Position numbers and translations under genes: made by a program. Positions 7,863 through 10,840 of a stretch of DNA of 10,840 bases are shown in pieces. Under the pieces are notes generated by a model. The model ran no database searches, was not told where the DNA came from, and worked only from the letters and a program-made list of their open reading frames with translations. This DNA is from Bdellovibrionales bacterium (GTDB lineage: Bacteria > Bdellovibrionota > Bdellovibrionia > Bdellovibrionales > JAMPXM01): assembly GCA_043739185.1 (NCBI GenBank), contig JAYUEN010000438.1, positions 1 through 10,840 on the forward strand. The letters are read 5' to 3'. How positions within the stretch are numbered: the stretch's first letter is position 1; every line of letters starts with the position of its first letter.

Positions 7863-7950
7863 AGGTGAATTGTTGAAGCTCAATTTTTCAGCTTCGCTAA
7901 TAATTTCTAAAAAAATCGAATCTGACTCTCGGAGAGGTCCTCAAGGAGAG

Positions 7951-8310
7951 CTAGTCGGCTTTAATACAAGAATTTGAAACGGCTCCGTTGGAATCAAAAG
8001 CTATGAGGCTATTTTGAACACCCAGGACATGTAGTATTTCTTCTTCATATTTTACGTACTGTCCTGAGGTTTTGTCTCGCTTTTCAGTAACTTGAATATC
8101 AACCGTGGCAATTCCCTTGTTGTTGTGAGTAATTCCTTGGCTGTAATACGCATACTCCACGTAGGGGGCTTTGATTCCGGGACTGATCTCAATTGTCTTA
8201 ATTGTGATTTTTGATTTCGTGAATGAGTCGACTATACAGTTGTAGCTTCCTTCTTGAAATGCGTGAGCAGAAAGAGAAAAAAATAATGTTGTTAGAATTA
8301 AAACTTTCAT
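7951..8310 (-). CDS. Hypothetical secreted protein
   Basis: 119 aa. Sec signal peptide MKVLILTTLFFSLSAHA with an A-x-A cleavage site, GGAG SD upstream, and two Cys near the termini of the mature chain. Confidence 0.8.
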   Translation of the reverse strand: MKVLILTTLFFSLSAHAFQEGSYNCIVDSFTKSKITIKTIEISPGIKAPYVEYAYYSQGITHNNKGIATVDIQVTEKRDKTSGQYVKYEEEILHVLGVQNSLIAFDSNGAVSNSCIKAD

Positions 8311-8486
8311 AAGTTCTCCATATTTGGTCTTAAATGTGACTATTCTCGGCTTCTTATATACAATTGAATCGAAACAAAATAAGTTTTGGTTATTTTACTG
8401 AAATGTATGAAATATCTATGCCAAAAATGAAGTCAATTGGATAAAAGTAGTTTAAACCAGCTTTTTGATTTGTAAGGAGAAAGAAC

Positions 8487-9245
8487 TTGAAGAATTATTT
8501 TGCTGCATTAATGAAATTTCTAGTTTCGATTGGCGTAACTCATATTCTAAATTTGTAGCCCGTCTTCGCTGAAACTTTGGGTAATCAAATAGTACATAAT
8601 TTTACAGCGGCAAAAAAGTTGGCAATTGCAATTCACAAGAATCACCGAGTGACCATTTACTGTCCTTGCAAATATGAGGGCAAAGTTGTCGACATAAAAA
8701 GCTGTGGCTATCAGATAGCGAGCGATGCCAAACGTGCTACAAGGCTTGAATGGGAGCATGTAGTGCCCGCAGAGGCATTCGGTCAAGCATTCTCTGAATG
8801 GCGAGAAGGTGCTTTGCAGTGTCGTAAAAAGAAAACGGGCAAAGCTTTCAAGGGACGAAAGTGCGCTGAGACAAATTCGGAGTTTGCCCATATGGAAGCC
8901 GATCTTTACAATCTATGGCCTGTCATAGGTGAGCTCAATGCTTTGCGATCAAACTATTCAATGGCTCAGATTTCTGCTGAAGCGAAGACTTTCGGTGAAT
9001 GCAAAGCCAAAATCGCTGGTCGCAAGTTCGAGCCCATGGACAGCGACAAAGGCATAGTGGCTCGCGATTATATGTATATGGATTTAAATTATCCGGGCCG
9101 GGGTATTATTAGCAGTAAAAATAAGAAATTATTTGAAGCTTGGGATGCGCAATATCCGGTGAGTGATTGGGAGTGCGCACGCGCAAAAATGATTCAAAAG
9201 ATTCAAGCTAATAAAAATCAGATATTAGCTGAGCGTTGCAAGTAA
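8487..9245 (+). CDS. endA: Endonuclease I (EndA/Dns/Vvn family), N-terminal signal region interrupted by an in-frame TAG at 8556-8558 (pseudogene or sequencing error)
   Basis: 8577..9245 carries TIYCPC, RLEWEHVVPA, MEADLYNLWPVIGELNALRSNY, FEP...KGIVAR.Y.YM...Y and W...YPVSDWE..R. In-frame upstream TTG8487 (SD AAGGAG 8474-8479) and ATG8511 read MKNYFAALMKFLVSIGVTHILNL*PVFA-ETLGNQ. Confidence 0.88.
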
Positions 9246-9401
9246 GATATTCGATAATTTAAGTGCAACTCTAGATTTTGAGTTACTATAGAATGCCCAT
9301 TTTGAGCTAGGCCTTGGTAATTTTGTGAATGCTAAGTCTACTTATTGAGGATTTGCGCAATTCTTGTTACTGTGCCCACTCATAAACAGGGAGTAGTAAT
9401 A

Positions 9402-9956
9402 GTGAAAAAGCTCATTTTTCTTTTAGTGTTTTCTTGTCTTGGTCTTAGTATTCAGTCTTGTACCTCTGACAGCGGTGGGAGTCCTGCTTCGGAAGTCACC
9501 TCTGGCACCGGGACCGTGAATATCAAAGGTAGTTTGAATCAAGTTCGAAATTTCGGAGCAGACGATCAAAAGCTCACGGGTGTTTATTGTATTTCAGAGC
9601 AAGCTATTTCATTTGCCCAAGTCAGTCTAAACGTAAAAGGTAAGTCGAAATCAAGATCAGATGTTTCTGAGGCTATGACAATTAGCTTTCCCGCGATGAA
9701 AGGCTTTCCGCAGGGAAGAGTGGATTTCACTATCGGCAACTCAGTTTCTTATTTAATCAATGAAAAGACCTATCAAAACTCAAGCAGCGAGTGCGGCGGC
9801 ACATTTTCAAAAAATGGCAAACTCTATCACGGAGAAGTGACGTGTAAAGCGATGGCCCGAGGTGATAGTGCGGCTTTCGAAAGTCCCTCAAAAGATAGCA
9901 CTTCAGACATCATTGATTTGAATGCAAGTTTTGATTGTAGCATCAGAGAAATATAA
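9402..9956 (+). CDS. Hypothetical lipoprotein
   Basis: GTG9402 is preferred over TTG9345 because GGGAG (9389-9393) precedes it. It gives MKKLIFLLVFSCLGLSIQS-C with a lipobox-like IQSC, a Ser/Gly/Thr tether and four further Cys. Confidence 0.78.
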   Translation: MKKLIFLLVFSCLGLSIQSCTSDSGGSPASEVTSGTGTVNIKGSLNQVRNFGADDQKLTGVYCISEQAISFAQVSLNVKGKSKSRSDVSEAMTISFPAMKGFPQGRVDFTIGNSVSYLINEKTYQNSSSECGGTFSKNGKLYHGEVTCKAMARGDSAAFESPSKDSTSDIIDLNASFDCSIREI

Positions 9957-10035
9957 GCAGGATTTCTGAAGTGTAAACAGCTTTTCTCGTCGAAGGCTTC
10001 TTTCTTTTTTAGTTGGTTTTATGTGGATAACTTCG

Positions 10036-10080
10036 GCTTCAGGCATTCAGTTTTCAGGCACGCTGATCCAGCTTCAGGCA
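10036..10080 (+). repeat. Three short direct repeats TTCAGGCA
   Basis: GCTTCAGGCA 10036-10045, TTTTCAGGCA 10051-10060, GCTTCAGGCA 10071-10080. Confidence 0.7.
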
Positions 10081-10159
10081 AGCAGGATCAAGGACACACC
10101 CATCATTTTATTTTAAGTTTGTAAATCATAGCACACACTAAAAACCTAAACCGAAACCG

Positions 10160-10202
10160 TAAATCGGTTGACGGCCGCACAGCTGCCGTTAAAACTGATT
10201 TA
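10160..10202 (+). other. Long imperfect stem-loop of unknown function
   Basis: TAAATCGGTTGACGGC (10160-10175) pairs with GCCGTTAAAACTGATTTA (10185-10202): 16 pairs including two G-U, plus a 2-nt bulge. Confidence 0.6.
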
Positions 10203-10299
10203 ATCCCTGGACCAAAAAGAAGAAGGGGCCCCGTCGAAATTGAAAGTTATGAATTCAGATAAAATATTTTGAAAATTCCATTTTGCTGTTGAAGTAAAA

Positions 10300-10620
10300 G
10301 CCTGACTACAATTTCCCAGTGCAACTTTTTTCCATCATGACTTCATAAGGTGTTCTCCAGTCAAGGATTTTCATTGGTCGATTGTTGATCTCAAATTCAA
10401 TCAATTCCAGCTCCCGATTGGTGAGGTTTGTCAGGTCCGTTTTCTTTGGATAGTACTGACGAAGGATACCGATTCTGTTTTCATTCGTGCCCCTTTGATA
10501 GCTTGAGTAGGGATCGCAGAAGTACACCTTGATCTTGGTTCTTCGTTCATAGCTTTTATGATCCGAGAACTCCTGACCCCGATCATTGGTCATCGTTCTT
10601 TTTGGAAGATCCCTTAACCC
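10300..10620 (-). mobile_element. IS30-family insertion sequence remnant (3' end with right terminal inverted repeat)
   Basis: Transposase C-terminus plus IR-like GCCTGACTACAATTTCCCAGTGCAAC (10300-10325), which overlaps the stop codon and has the AGTGCAAC inner motif typical of IS30-family ends. The upstream boundary is approximate. Confidence 0.85.
10306..10620 (-). pseudogene. Truncated IS30-family DDE transposase
   Basis: LRDLPKRTMTNDRGQEF (second D), YFCDPYSSYQRGTNEN (E), LRQYYPK and NNRPMKILDWRTP. The frame is closed upstream by TGA at 10642-10644, and no HTH or first catalytic Asp is present in frame. Confidence 0.88.
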
Positions 10621-10840
10621 GGATATTTCATCAGAGTCGCGTCATCTAGATTTTTTTGATGAAAATTTTTTAGCTTAAAAAATTCGAATATTTTTTGAGA
10701 AAAAATTGAAGTTTTTTGGACTTTTTCAGATTTTGAATACACATCGACCTTTCCCCAACTTTTATCTATTGGGGTTCTGGTTATTTTCAAGCTGTGCCGA
10801 TTAAACTCTGTGCGAGTTTTCTGAATAGATCTTGGTAAGG

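Noticed and set aside
7875..7895. GAAGCT-N9-AGCTTC hairpin between convergent genes as a terminator
   Set aside because: A 6-bp stem with a large loop and no adjacent U-tract is too weak to call.
8556..8558. TAG reassignment (alternative genetic code) as the explanation for the endA stop
   Set aside because: TAG acts as a plausible true stop for the MFS, monooxygenase, DODA and 7951..8310 genes, and no other gene shows an internal TAG.
8547..8891. 114-aa minus-strand ORF
   Set aside because: Antisense to the endonuclease I gene.
9256..9270. AATTTAAGTGCAACT resembling the IS30 inverted repeat at 10310-10326
   Set aside because: Only 9 contiguous bases are shared (AGTGCAACT), in the same orientation, with no outer IR match.
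10022..10030. Chromosomal replication origin
   Set aside because: Only one consensus DnaA box was seen, with no dnaA, dnaN, gidA or rep gene nearby.
10036..10080. CRISPR array
   Set aside because: Repeats of 8-10 bp with 5-12 bp gaps are far too short, and there are no cas genes.
10141..10202. Integron attC site or c-di-GMP-I riboswitch
   Set aside because: No proper RYYYAAC/GTTRRRY pair bounds the stem, and the GEMM consensus elements are not present in order.
10614..10840. Minus-strand open frames at the right edge (10614-10838, and 10787-10840 reading PYQDLFRKLAQSLIGTA*) as a frameshifted transposase or the end of a neighbouring gene
   Set aside because: The long frame is low-complexity and lacks a convincing IS30 W-E-x-D motif. 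The short one is plausible but too short to support without flanking sequence.

Overview
AT-rich bacterial window. Its core is a translationally coupled minus-strand isonitrile (isocyanide) biosynthetic operon: PvcA/IsnA-type isonitrile synthase, PvcB-type Fe(II)/2-oxoglutarate oxygenase, single-component FAD monooxygenase, ATP-grasp ligase and MFS exporter. A co-oriented LysR regulator follows the operon, and a small DOPA 4,5-dioxygenase-family gene is transcribed divergently from pvcA. A near-identical ATAA-N7-TTAT (T-N11-A) LysR-type box sits upstream of both pvcA and lysR. The enzyme set matches no isonitrile pathway whose product I know, and suggests a hydroxylated, amide-coupled and possibly ring-cleaved aromatic-amino-acid isonitrile. 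To the right are a small secreted protein, an endonuclease I (EndA/Dns) gene whose signal-peptide region is interrupted by an in-frame TAG, a lipoprotein, a structured intergenic region and the 3' remnant of an IS30-family element. All family calls come from motif recognition by eye; no database search was run.
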